IMG/VR virus record: IMGVR_UViG_3300011242_000004
DNA: 64,000 nucleotides
Source of the DNA: an uncultured virus (IMG/VR IMGVR_UViG_3300011242_000004)
Lineage: Duplodnaviria > Heunggongvirae > Uroviricota > Caudoviricetes
Reading direction: 5' to 3' (one strand)
Positions 38,483 to 47,910 of the stretch are shown here, in pieces (positions within the stretch are counted from its first letter, which is position 1; every line of letters starts with the position of its first letter). The notes under the pieces are model-generated. The model was not told where the DNA came from and did no database searches. It saw only the letters and a program-made list of their open reading frames with translations. The position numbers were made by a program, and so were the translations under genes.

Positions 38483-40590
38483 TCCAAACCTCCTAAATCC
38501 ATCGTACAGGTACAACCCGGATGATGTGGGGGAACCGTTTGAATCCAATCGGAGGCAGTCACATCGACTGATGTTTTGTTCTTGCATTCTTCGCAAGCTG
38601 TTTCGTTTGTGACAATACCTACGGTTTGGAGTCCCGATTCCCGTGCGGCCAAGCAAAGACCAATGTTATAGGCGCGATAAAGCTCCATTTTACTGATTAA
38701 CCGAAGACGATACTGATGGGACAGGAATATGCGTTCTCGACTCTCCTTAGTTTCCGACGACTGAAGTCGAGATTCCAAGCTCTTGAACAAACGAGTGACT
38801 GAAGCATTCATTTCTTTCAATATGTAAGCCGTGCCTTCTGCTACTTGGCTCGTATGTACTTCCTGCTTTTGGCTTTTTCCCCATCCTGCTTTTAACGCTT
38901 GAATACTGTAGTCTTCACAAGTTTTCATCAAGCTCTGTGTCAGCAAGCGACTTGCTAATTCAATTTGCTTCGATGTAATGGCTTCTTGTTCCATGTCTTG
39001 TTTAAAAGCTGACCAGTGTTTCGTCAACGTCTTTTCTAATTGGTCAATGCCTAGCTCTGAAGTAAAACTAACCAGTTCGTCTGGGTTCGTCAATATACTT
39101 TCGCCATCTTTTTGTTCAGATTCCTGTATTCCTGCTTTTTTACCACTATTTTCCCGTTTTTTTGTATTCGGTGCCTCTTGTTTTCCGTTCTGATTCTCTG
39201 GCTGGTTCTGGTTACTTGTTTGGTTCATTGCCGCTTGTGTTGCCAAATCAGCCGTTTGTTGGGCTTGAGTTGCCGTAATCATCTGGAAGAATAGACGTCC
39301 TTCGTCGACGGTCACATCCCGGTTCATCTCCATACGCATTTCTTCGAATGTAATGGCATTCTGTGTGAACAACTGAATCGCATGATTTTCCCGTGCAATC
39401 TTTGCCGATTGTTCGATTTCTGTGAAACTGAAGATAACTTCATCATCAGGGTTAAGTGTCGGGTCAAATCCACCTTCAAACAACAACTCATTGATGATTT
39501 TCTGTTGTACATGAATGGCAAAGTTCTCTTGGAAGTCTTTGACGCTATCATTCAAATCCGATGACATGTTATCGGACGTCGACTTGTTTGCTGTATCTCC
39601 AATCCCCATGACAGAATCACTGACATTGAGTCCTGTGAAAATCCGTTGACGGAAATACTTCAAGTAGTTGGAGACGTCAAGAGCTGTCGAATCGCCACCA
39701 ATCGATTCTAGTTTGTAGCGCTCAGGGAAAACGAGAACCGAATCTGCTGACATTAATCGGATTTCATCTCGTACTTCTTCAATCTCTTCTGCTGTTGCTT
39801 CGAATCCTGCTTCAGGCAATCCGACCGTTAGAACTTGTTTTGGGAACAAGTGTTTATAAATTAAACGGTACACATTATCTTCAATCTGACGAAGTAACAA
39901 GACATCTTGTAAGACGTTATGAATCATCGGTACGCCATAAGCTCGCCCAGTAGGACGTTTATATGGAAGGTGGACCACTTCTGTTTCTGCATATTCGACA
40001 CCGGACCCACCACCAGAAGCTTGTTGGTACTTGGTGACGTTTCCGTTTTCATCCCGTTCGATTTGGAACGTTGTCGCCGAAGCAGGGAAATACCCAGCAA
40101 TCGGTTGTTTGTTCGTATATCCCACAGCATTTAAGCCCGGGACTTGGACGGCTTTCTTTGCTCGTGCTTTAATGACGAATGAGTTCCCGAATAAGACATA
40201 GTCATATCCCATTTGACGCCATAGGTCATCTGTTGGAATCTTTGTAGCTTCTGCCATCAATTTTAGGCGCATCCAGACATATTCCGATGCGGCATCGTTT
40301 TTTGATTTCAGTTCCCAACCTGATTTGAACATACCAGCGACATGTCTATCGACAGCTCGTCGGATGTAAGAATCAGAAAGGTACGCCCGGCTGACTTGTT
40401 CAAGGTCAACAGGACTTTCTTCAAAACCTGTTCCTGAGCCAGAAGTAATTGGTTGGGCAACAGATTTAATCGTTGTTTTCTTTGGGTCACGCAAAGCCCC
40501 TGCCTCTTGTACCTTTCCGGGTGCAAGAAGCATGGCTTCGTTCTGTTTATTTCGATTCGCTTGAATCTGTAACAACTTTAGAGGGTTCAT
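38479..40590 (-). CDS. Portal protein with C-terminal MuF-like head morphogenesis domain
   Basis: DYVLFGNSF, EVVHL....AYGVP, ITFEEMR (portal); ACEEC...VPPHHPGCTC (MuF-like). Confidence 0.8.
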   Translation of the reverse strand: MNPLKLLQIQANRNKQNEAMLLAPGKVQEAGALRDPKKTTIKSVAQPITSGSGTGFEESPVDLEQVSRAYLSDSYIRRAVDRHVAGMFKSGWELKSKNDAASEYVWMRLKLMAEATKIPTDDLWRQMGYDYVLFGNSFVIKARAKKAVQVPGLNAVGYTNKQPIAGYFPASATTFQIERDENGNVTKYQQASGGGSGVEYAETEVVHLPYKRPTGRAYGVPMIHNVLQDVLLLRQIEDNVYRLIYKHLFPKQVLTVGLPEAGFEATAEEIEEVRDEIRLMSADSVLVFPERYKLESIGGDSTALDVSNYLKYFRQRIFTGLNVSDSVMGIGDTANKSTSDNMSSDLNDSVKDFQENFAIHVQQKIINELLFEGGFDPTLNPDDEVIFSFTEIEQSAKIARENHAIQLFTQNAITFEEMRMEMNRDVTVDEGRLFFQMITATQAQQTADLATQAAMNQTSNQNQPENQNGKQEAPNTKKRENSGKKAGIQESEQKDGESILTNPDELVSFTSELGIDQLEKTLTKHWSAFKQDMEQEAITSKQIELASRLLTQSLMKTCEDYSIQALKAGWGKSQKQEVHTSQVAEGTAYILKEMNASVTRLFKSLESRLQSSETKESRERIFLSHQYRLRLISKMELYRAYNIGLCLAARESGLQTVGIVTNETACEECKNKTSVDVTASDWIQTVPPHHPGCTCTMDLGGLE

Positions 40591-40608
40591 GTTGTGATTA
40601 CTCCTATC

Positions 40609-41499
40609 TTAAATGTCTACTCGAATTTCCTTATAGTCTGAACGAAGTTCGCATCGAACAAGTCCAGTCAAAGCAGGAGCAAGACCTTTCATTTCTGGAT
40701 AGCTATCCCAGTAATCGACAAAGCTTCCGCCAACAACATATGTCCGTTTATGTGGAATAAGTGTTTCACCTTCATCATCCATCATAAAGATAAGGTCTGT
40801 GTGGGACTGACGTCCATGCGTATGACCAGAGATATAGAGGTCTGCATTCGCTAACACCTTATTCATCTTCTCTGCTGTATTCGCTTTTGAGCCTGTCGTC
40901 GAGCCACCACCTGCTCCGTGGAAGGCAACGATTTTATAGAGTTGGTCACCGACACCAACACGGAAGAATCCTTGGTACCCGAAATACGGAACTTCCAGTT
41001 TTTCAGCAAGCATGCGCATTGGGTTAATTCCAATCATGTTTGCAATTCGTTCCTCGTGGTTACCGGGACCACAGCCTAAAATTTTTCCGGCTTCTGCTAA
41101 AGGCTTTAATAACTCTTCTAACATTTTCATTTGTTCAGGGAAGTTGAAAGCTTCTTCAAACATCGCTTTCCCGACAGATACTTTTGTTGCTGTTTCTGCT
41201 AAGTCTCCGTTTAAAACAGTGACCGCATTCGGTGTTTCTAATATGTAGCGAATGTATCCTTTGAACAATTCAATGTTGGCTTCTTTATGACCTAAATGGA
41301 CGTCAGTGATAGGGACGATGATAAGACCTTGTTCCCGGTGAATCGGGTCGTTGAATTGGTATGTATGAATTGGTTTTCCTTTTAACGGAACATCATTACG
41401 GACTTTGTAGAAATGTTCGAGTGATTTGGTAGATGTTTCTGTAGCATTGACGGTTTCTTTCATTTTTTGAACTAACCGTTCCAATTTGTCTTTTTTCAT
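40609..41499 (-). CDS. Calcineurin-like metallophosphoesterase
   Basis: DVHLG, NGD, GNHE, FHG and GHTH motifs; start at ATG 41499 after AAGGAG. Confidence 0.85.
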   Translation of the reverse strand: MKKDKLERLVQKMKETVNATETSTKSLEHFYKVRNDVPLKGKPIHTYQFNDPIHREQGLIIVPITDVHLGHKEANIELFKGYIRYILETPNAVTVLNGDLAETATKVSVGKAMFEEAFNFPEQMKMLEELLKPLAEAGKILGCGPGNHEERIANMIGINPMRMLAEKLEVPYFGYQGFFRVGVGDQLYKIVAFHGAGGGSTTGSKANTAEKMNKVLANADLYISGHTHGRQSHTDLIFMMDDEGETLIPHKRTYVVGGSFVDYWDSYPEMKGLAPALTGLVRCELRSDYKEIRVDI

Positions 41500-41524
41500 G
41501 AGAAATAAGCTCCTTTTATTCGTA

Positions 41525-42847
41525 TTAGATTTGGTCGATGAAATTCGAGATATCTTTGTATGTCGTGCGGGCAATTTCTTTTTGGAATACTTGTCTGACC
41601 TTTTCTTGTCGAACCTGTGCATCTTGCATACTCATACGATAGAAATCTTCCATATGTTTATCTCGTTGTTCATAGCTATGATGCATGCCCACAGCAATGG
41701 CATTAAAGAACTTATCTTGGTCTTCTGTTGATGTCGTTTGTTCGAGTAACATCTCTTTCCAATCAGAAGCCCATTTATCTGTCACTTCCAGATGGTCAAG
41801 AACCGTGTTTTGCATGCGAACTCGTTTTTCCAAACTCAAATGATTGCGGTTAACGTCCTTTAACTCTTGCTTCGTTTCATTTTCTTTATCAACAGAAAGC
41901 TTGAGTAATCCTTTCGCTTTTGACAATCCTTGTTTTAGTTCTACTTCAGACTCATAGTATGGGAACAATTCAGAGAAATAAGGTGACCCGCTATCATAGA
42001 TTTCACGGTCAAGGTTACGGTCAACCATTCGGACCGTTTGATAGAACGTTTTCAGCTTATCGTTTGAGATATCCATACTCTCGTTCATTAGAACCCGTTC
42101 GTTTTCATATTTTGTTCCTTTTCGTCGGAGCGGACGGCTTTCATCTTTTAAAGCAACGACTTTTGCTAAATCATGGGCGATGAACGCCGCACGTTCCTGT
42201 ACTTCGAGCTTTGCTTTTTCTTTTTGAACATTGGTGATACTTTCGCCATATTCTTTTTCTTTCGTCTTCAACTCTTTTAAGAAATCGTCACTGTTCTGAA
42301 ACTCTACTCCTAGTACTTGAAAGATGGTCTCATTCGTGAACGTTTGATAAGTTTTAAAATCTTTTTCGATTTCAAGAATATCTTCGTAGTATTCCATTGC
42401 CAATGTTCCTTCGATATCTTCTGCATGGTCTTCCCAGACTTGAATCAGATATTCAGAAGCTGGAGTCTTCGGTTCATCGAGTAACTTCTTATATAAAGAA
42501 GCATCTAAGTAATCTTGGTCGATGTCGAGTTCTTGTAAAGCAAGAGAAGCAGACGCATCATTCACGATAGGAATCTTAATATCAGCGATAGCATCTTCAA
42601 TTCGTTCTTTCACTGTTTGAATCAAGTTGTCGAGTTCTACCATGTTTTCTGCTAGGTCTGTTGGAAGCATCGTGTCTGTGACCGGGTCACTGCCATCGAC
42701 GACGACTTCATCCAAGTAGTCATCAATCAATGCCCGTCGTTCCCGTTCTTCTTCTACTTCCAGTGGACGATAATTGATTTTTTGTCGTTCGGCTAACGTG
42801 TCAATCCCGGCATACCCGGTGACACTGTCAAATTCTTCTTCGTTCAT
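41525..42847 (-). CDS. Hypothetical acidic coiled-coil protein
   Basis: 440-aa ORF with AGGAG RBS; no recognised motif. Confidence 0.6.
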   Translation of the reverse strand: MNEEEFDSVTGYAGIDTLAERQKINYRPLEVEEERERRALIDDYLDEVVVDGSDPVTDTMLPTDLAENMVELDNLIQTVKERIEDAIADIKIPIVNDASASLALQELDIDQDYLDASLYKKLLDEPKTPASEYLIQVWEDHAEDIEGTLAMEYYEDILEIEKDFKTYQTFTNETIFQVLGVEFQNSDDFLKELKTKEKEYGESITNVQKEKAKLEVQERAAFIAHDLAKVVALKDESRPLRRKGTKYENERVLMNESMDISNDKLKTFYQTVRMVDRNLDREIYDSGSPYFSELFPYYESEVELKQGLSKAKGLLKLSVDKENETKQELKDVNRNHLSLEKRVRMQNTVLDHLEVTDKWASDWKEMLLEQTTSTEDQDKFFNAIAVGMHHSYEQRDKHMEDFYRMSMQDAQVRQEKVRQVFQKEIARTTYKDISNFIDQI

Positions 42848-42859
42848 GAAATACGCTCC

Positions 42860-43165
42860 TTATTGACCTAAATGGCGCTTGATTTGTGTTGCCGCCGCTT
42901 TTAATAGGTTAGCAGGTAGCGGAATCACTGTAACAAGAGCTTCTTGTTTTACAATGAATAAGTTATTGCTGTAGATGTAGTAGTGTCCTTTTACTGGTTG
43001 TTTGAAGGCTTGTGCTGTCACCCATTTGTATAAGGAACCCGTCATCTTCCCGTGTGGAAGTCCTCGCTCCATCGCCATCTGATATTGGCGTTCGCATGAT
43101 TTCTTTGGAATTCCCATACGTTCTTTTAATCGTTTTTCCCCATGTCGTGTTACACGTTTCTCCAT
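42860..43165 (-). CDS. Small basic hypothetical protein
   Basis: GAGGAGG RBS; VTRHGEKRLKER...LVTVIP. Confidence 0.6.
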   Translation of the reverse strand: MEKRVTRHGEKRLKERMGIPKKSCERQYQMAMERGLPHGKMTGSLYKWVTAQAFKQPVKGHYYIYSNNLFIVKQEALVTVIPLPANLLKAAATQIKRHLGQ

Positions 43166-43186
43166 AATGTTTCCTCCTCTTTTTCA

Positions 43187-43229
43187 TAAAAAAGTAGCCC
43201 CTAGGCAGGGGAGGGGGCCTTGGGGCTAC
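43187..43229 (-). terminator. Intrinsic terminator after terL
   Basis: GTAGCCCC...GGGGCTAC stem followed by TTTTTT on the minus strand. Confidence 0.6.
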
Positions 43230-43284
43230 ATCAAAAAAGGGAGAGGGAGGTGTATATGATGAAAGGGTTACCCCTTAGCATCCA

Positions 43285-44565
43285 TTAAAAATGGTCTCTT
43301 CCTCTAAAGGAAGAACGTTGCCCTCTACTTCCCCAATCCAATGAATCACGGTTCTTCTTCCGTCCTAGCGTCGTACGCTTCGGCGGCGGAGCCCCCGGCT
43401 CGTCCCATCCTTCTGCCTTCTTCTCTGAGAACGTATTGTTCGCAAAGACTTCTTTTAACGGGTCCACAAATTCTCGTTTAACGGTTGAAAATTGTCTTGC
43501 CACATCTTTAACCTCAAGTGCTTTCGCTAAATCAGGATAAACAGTATTAAAAGCATAGAGTGTCAGCATGAATGCATCGAGTGCATGTTCATCTTCATTT
43601 GAGTAAGTAGGTTCGCCAGTTTTCGGCGCAATCCGTTTGACTTGATATTTTGTCATCTGACGGTTGACGGTATCATCGACGTCTTTTGACGGAATCCGTA
43701 ATTGACCCCGGTCAAGGAATAATGTCGTCATGTTAACCATGAACGCTTTCAGTGGTTTCTTATCAAGGGTTCGACTGATAGGGTCTCGCACAAGCTCTGT
43801 GCTTCCGAATGCGACCGCCCGTACCTTATCTCCAATCGTTTTACGTAAAACCTCTGATTGGTAGTCACCGGCACCTTTATCGACGTATATCGCAAAAGGA
43901 TTGTAAATCTTGTCCAATTGTTGCAGTTTTTTGACGGCATTATCATATGTATACTCACCACGTGCAATTTCGAAACGATTGATGATTTTGAATCGACCAT
44001 ATGGTGCTAACTCACTATCAGTGTCAGCATCTGTCATTCGTCGTTCATCGAATCTGTCCCATTGCGTCACGATGATTTGGGTCGCCGCCCCTGCTTTATC
44101 CCAGTCAACACCAATCGCAATCGGTGCGTCATTTGTCCGCTGGCTAAGGTAACCATAACCATTCGAACTAGCTTCGTCAACGAAGTCTTTATTAAATACC
44201 CCGGCATCCTCTGTACCAAATTCTGCTAGAACCTCGTGCTCATAAGCGGCGTGTGTATACATCGTCCGCATCTCTTGTTCAAGCTCTGGTGACCACTCTG
44301 GGTTGACCATGGTTGGGAAGTGGAATTCTTTCCAGCCACTGGCTGTCATGCGGTCATATTTTCGGGCATCGTAGTGATGTCCGTCTCGTGTTTTCACGGG
44401 TCTTACCTTATCGTCTTGATTGAAGCGCATTTCGACACAGGCTTGATAGAATTTCCCTCGTCGTCCGGTTGGCGTTGACGCCATCATAATACCGATACGT
44501 TTAGGAGCCTCCATCGAGATAGCGAAGATGGCTTCAAAGTCTTTATCGCCAAGATAGTCTACTTC
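43285..44565 (-). CDS. terL: Terminase large subunit, exon 2 (rest of ATPase plus RNase H-like nuclease)
   Basis: Begins EVDYL (completes Walker B LYMD|E); ASTPTG coupling motif; IGVDW and DEHALDA nuclease motifs. Confidence 0.9.
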   Translation of the reverse strand, partial: EVDYLGDKDFEAIFAISMEAPKRIGIMMASTPTGRRGKFYQACVEMRFNQDDKVRPVKTRDGHHYDARKYDRMTASGWKEFHFPTMVNPEWSPELEQEMRTMYTHAAYEHEVLAEFGTEDAGVFNKDFVDEASSNGYGYLSQRTNDAPIAIGVDWDKAGAATQIIVTQWDRFDERRMTDADTDSELAPYGRFKIINRFEIARGEYTYDNAVKKLQQLDKIYNPFAIYVDKGAGDYQSEVLRKTIGDKVRAVAFGSTELVRDPISRTLDKKPLKAFMVNMTTLFLDRGQLRIPSKDVDDTVNRQMTKYQVKRIAPKTGEPTYSNEDEHALDAFMLTLYAFNTVYPDLAKALEVKDVARQFSTVKREFVDPLKEVFANNTFSEKKAEGWDEPGAPPPKRTTLGRKKNRDSLDWGSRGQRSSFRGRDHF

Positions 44566-45169
44566 CAATTCCTTACGTAAGGCGCGACCCTTACTCCCGG
44601 CTTTCGCACGGGGATGAGACTATATCATCAACTCTTGATAAGCGGTACGCATCATTTCCATCGTTCGGTAGACGATGAAATCTTCTTTCGGTACATACTG
44701 CAAATCCGTGTAGAGTTTTAAACTATCGACGCTTTCTTGCGTTACATTCAAGACCACTGGAATTAATTCATGTGCTTTCCATTGATAGAACGTAATATCG
44801 TCGAACACTCTACCTTCTCCGATGAAATAATACTGACCGCCTCGTTTATAGTTCCCAAACGATTCGCGCATCTTCATTTCCATCATCACAAGAGTTGTCG
44901 GGTGCTTCGAGAGCGCTTGCTCTCTACTCTCTTTCGAGATAGTCGTTGCGGACCATCCTGTAACCGCTACAGGACATTCCTCAGGATTGCCGTGCAATGG
45001 GGCGTTGCGCACCATGTCGACGATGGATTGACCGACGGTTTCTGATAAATGTTGAAGATTTTGCCGATATGCTTTGTCTGATTGATGCATGTGTATTCCT
45101 CCATTGTGTAGGTTTCCCTGATTCCACCCGATTTGCTTATGCTGTCACCAACATAAGGGACAAAAGTTT
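44566..45169 (-). ncRNA. Group I self-splicing intron (604 nt, IA-like) in terL
   Basis: 5' splice after GGAU with P1 GGAU/GUCC (U-G pair). P2 has a GUGA loop; P3 UCGGGUG/CACCCGA; P4 UCAGG/CCUGA; P7 GACUA/UAGUC with S element GAUAUAGUC; P7.1/P7.2 present; terminal G at 44566. Splicing restores the frame. Confidence 0.92.
44620..45090 (-). CDS. Intron-encoded ORF (156 aa), no recognisable homing endonuclease motif
   Basis: GGAGG RBS at 45098-45102, ATG 45090, stop TAG inside the S element. Confidence 0.5.
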   Translation of the reverse strand: MHQSDKAYRQNLQHLSETVGQSIVDMVRNAPLHGNPEECPVAVTGWSATTISKESREQALSKHPTTLVMMEMKMRESFGNYKRGGQYYFIGEGRVFDDITFYQWKAHELIPVVLNVTQESVDSLKLYTDLQYVPKEDFIVYRTMEMMRTAYQELMI

Positions 45170-46876
45170 ATCCATGTAGAGCCAACTGGCTTTTTGACCA
45201 CGTAAGCTTCCCCCTTCTGCCCCGGAACGTGTCCCGGCAGTAAAGAGCTTGATACGTGATTTATTATGAAAGACGATTTCATAAGGTGACCGGCGAACCG
45301 CTTGTACTGATGCTTTTAACGCATCATTGTTATCGATGAAGTTCGTCAACTGGTCAAAGATTTCTCGTGCCTGAGAATCGTAAGGTGTCGCAACCAAACA
45401 CGTTGCACCCTTCGCAATCTCTGTTCCACCGTTACAGGTATAGGCAACCCATAGCATGTGTGCTGTCATTGTCCATGTATTGTGGACGAGAATGTCTTCT
45501 ACGACTAGGTTGTGTGTTTCCGGTACGAAGACATCGTATGTTGGGCGCATTCCCACCGATTCGATGGCAACGACTTCTTCCCATAACACATCACTGTATA
45601 CAAGGTCATACAAGAAAGCCGATTGCATGTTCTCTGCATAGACACGTGCTTTCCCTTTACTCAGTCCATGGTTCATACGGAGACGTTCTGTCTTTGAACC
45701 AGAGACTTGCGTCTTTGTCATTTTCTTTTCGCGTCGTTCTTTTTCAATATGTTTCCAAACGTCTTTTGGTAACGTTTCATCCATCGACTGCATTTCTAGT
45801 GCTCGACGGTATGTATTGCTGTAATCTCGTGCTGTTTTATTGCCTTGGCGCACACAATCGATGAATCGAATGACATGTTCCCGGTAATACGTCATGACAT
45901 GGAAATATTCTGTGTCATTGACATGTTTTTTTAAGATATTCGACTTAATCCCTAAACGAAGCAGTAAATGCTTCAGATTTCGGGCGAATTCATGGTGCGG
46001 TGTCCCGTATCCAATTTCAACGATACGTTTCGCATAATCCCATCCTCCGACATCGTATAAAGCGGCGATGAAGCATTCGAGGACTGTCTTATCGTATTGG
46101 TAGACTTCTTCTGGTAAAATCCCTAATCGAGCTTCTTCTGCAATGAATTTGAACTCATTCAGGTGATGTGGAATCCATAGTTCATAACTTTGTTTCCGTT
46201 TCTCGATTTTAGCGAAGACGCCGTCATGATTCTCGAATACTTTCTGCATCCGGTCTTGGACGCTTTCAAAACGAGACTCTAAACAGAGCGAATCTTTGAA
46301 CACTCGTCCACCGGCTACTAAATATCCAAGCATCGCCGCACGTTCTGGAGCTTTAATTCCTTTAACGTAATCGTTCTCTGTAATCGTTCCTTGATGGTCA
46401 AGTTTGCGCGGAACCGCAATCGAGTCTCCGACTTCAAGGAGGTCAACTTCGACCCATCCGTCAATCGTTAAGACGGGGTGGTTTCCTGTGAGCAATACTT
46501 CTGCTCCATGTTTCGTCTTCACACGGAAGACTTCTTTGACACCATTGTCTTCAATGAAGAAGGCATTCGAATTCTCTAATTGATAAGCTTCATTCAACGT
46601 CAGTAAGTTGACACTGTTTGATTCTTTTTGCTGTTGGTATAATTCTTCGATGGCAGTATAAGACCCTGTGATGGGGTCGAGGATACGCTGGTCACCAGCA
46701 ATACATTTACCGATACGACGTCCACATCGCAATACCTTACGATTGTGTGGATGACGTAGAATTTCCTCTTGATACCACCGTGGTTTGTCACCCCCTAAAT
46801 GCTTAGCGGCCCATTTTACTGGGTCACGCATAATCTGGATAACTTCCTTATCGTGTTCTTTTCCCACGATTTTCAC
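45170..46876 (-). CDS. terL: Terminase large subunit, exon 1 (contains an intein)
   Basis: WYQ adenine-binding motif, Walker A CGRRIGK|T, LRGQ..WLYMD Walker B up to the splice site. Confidence 0.9.
45479..46705 (-). mobile_element. Intein (409 aa) with LAGLIDADG-type endonuclease domain
   Basis: Starts CIAGD (Cys58); TGNHP block B; ends YDVFVPETHNLVVEDILVHN followed by Thr; LAGLIDADG-like blocks MLGYLVAGG and FIAALYDVGG; LLLRLGI block H. Confidence 0.93.
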
Positions 46877-46898
46877 TACCTTTCTCTTCTTCGACGCG

Positions 46899-46927
46899 AA
46901 AAAGAGCGGAAAACTTGTTTCCGCCCT
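46899..46927 (-). terminator. Intrinsic terminator-like hairpin upstream of terL
   Basis: GGGCGGAAA-CAAGT-TTTCCGCTC followed by TTTTT. Confidence 0.6.
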
Positions 46928-46970
46928 GAATTAAACCTTTTATTTCCTGTCTGTCAACACATTGCTGTTT

Positions 46971-47408
46971 TTACCACTGTCGTGGCGTATTATTATGGAA
47001 TAATCGCGCTTCTCCGCCTAAAGAAGACCGTGCATTCAGTTTGGACCCTTGAATCGCTTGAACTGCCGCTTGACGCATTGTCTGAGCCCGGGAAGTATCC
47101 ATATAGTTCCCACCGACACTTCGGTCAGGTGTCAATTGTTGACGCATTTGCTCTGAACGTTCTTTACGCCATTTATAAGCGCCTTCAATGGCATCTACGC
47201 CTGTCGTTGCCGCTGTATGTGCCCACATGATTGGGGCCGCCGCTGTCCATGCCGCATACGTCGTCAACGATTTAAGAGCCGCTTCACCGACACCTTGCCC
47301 TTGGTCCATATTGGATTTGAAATCAAGAGCGGTCATCCCTGCTCCTAAGTATCCAACACTTTTAAGTCCACCGTGAGCCGCTTTAAATGCTCCACCCATA
47401 CCTGCCAT
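46971..47408 (-). CDS. Gly/Ala-rich putative virion protein
   Basis: Composition and late-operon position. Confidence 0.55.
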   Translation of the reverse strand: MAGMGGAFKAAHGGLKSVGYLGAGMTALDFKSNMDQGQGVGEAALKSLTTYAAWTAAAPIMWAHTAATTGVDAIEGAYKWRKERSEQMRQQLTPDRSVGGNYMDTSRAQTMRQAAVQAIQGSKLNARSSLGGEARLFHNNTPRQW

Positions 47409-47413
47409 TTAAA

Positions 47414-47893
47414 TTACCCCTTTCTCCGATTGTGCATACCAAAGACCATGTCTCCGCTTGCACCTAATGTATTAGATGTCGATGAACGAGACCCGCCGTC
47501 TGCTAAGAACGTCGGAAGCTCCCCTGACTCCATTGTTCCCATACGAGGCGTTGTCATCCGTTTAACATCTAACAATCCTGTACCTGAACCCATGAATCCA
47601 TCATCACCAGTCTTATCATTACCACCAACACCCAATGTAGCGGCGGCACCAGCGGCACCAATCGCTAACATGGGAAGACCTCGTACCTTTTTACCGGTAT
47701 ATAAGTTAGCAAAGTTTTTGCCGTCCTTATCATTCTTTAAGAAAATCTCAGAACCCGTATTTCGAATCTTGTGGTCAGATTTCATCGCATCGAGCACTCG
47801 TTTTGGCTTTGACTCGACTCGTTTTGCTCCATTCTGAAGGCGTTTGACTGTGGAATTAAAAAACTTCTTTGCACCATCTGCTTTAGCCATCAT
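47414..47893 (-). CDS. Gly/Ala-rich putative virion protein with a hydrophobic segment
   Basis: LPMLAIGAAGAAATLGVGG; C-terminal LGASGDMVFGMHNRRKG. Confidence 0.55.
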   Translation of the reverse strand: MMAKADGAKKFFNSTVKRLQNGAKRVESKPKRVLDAMKSDHKIRNTGSEIFLKNDKDGKNFANLYTGKKVRGLPMLAIGAAGAAATLGVGGNDKTGDDGFMGSGTGLLDVKRMTTPRMGTMESGELPTFLADGGSRSSTSNTLGASGDMVFGMHNRRKG

Positions 47894-47910
47894 TTAAACT
47901 TCCTTTCTTC

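Noticed and set aside
38483..38656. N-terminal extension of the protease ORF as given in the ORF track
   Set aside because: Overlaps the portal C-terminus; ATG 38482 with an ATGA overlap and upstream GGAGG is the more likely start.
43285..44568. Stand-alone 427-aa gene starting at TTG 44568
   Set aside because: The TTG is the last three bases of the group I intron; this is exon 2 of terL.
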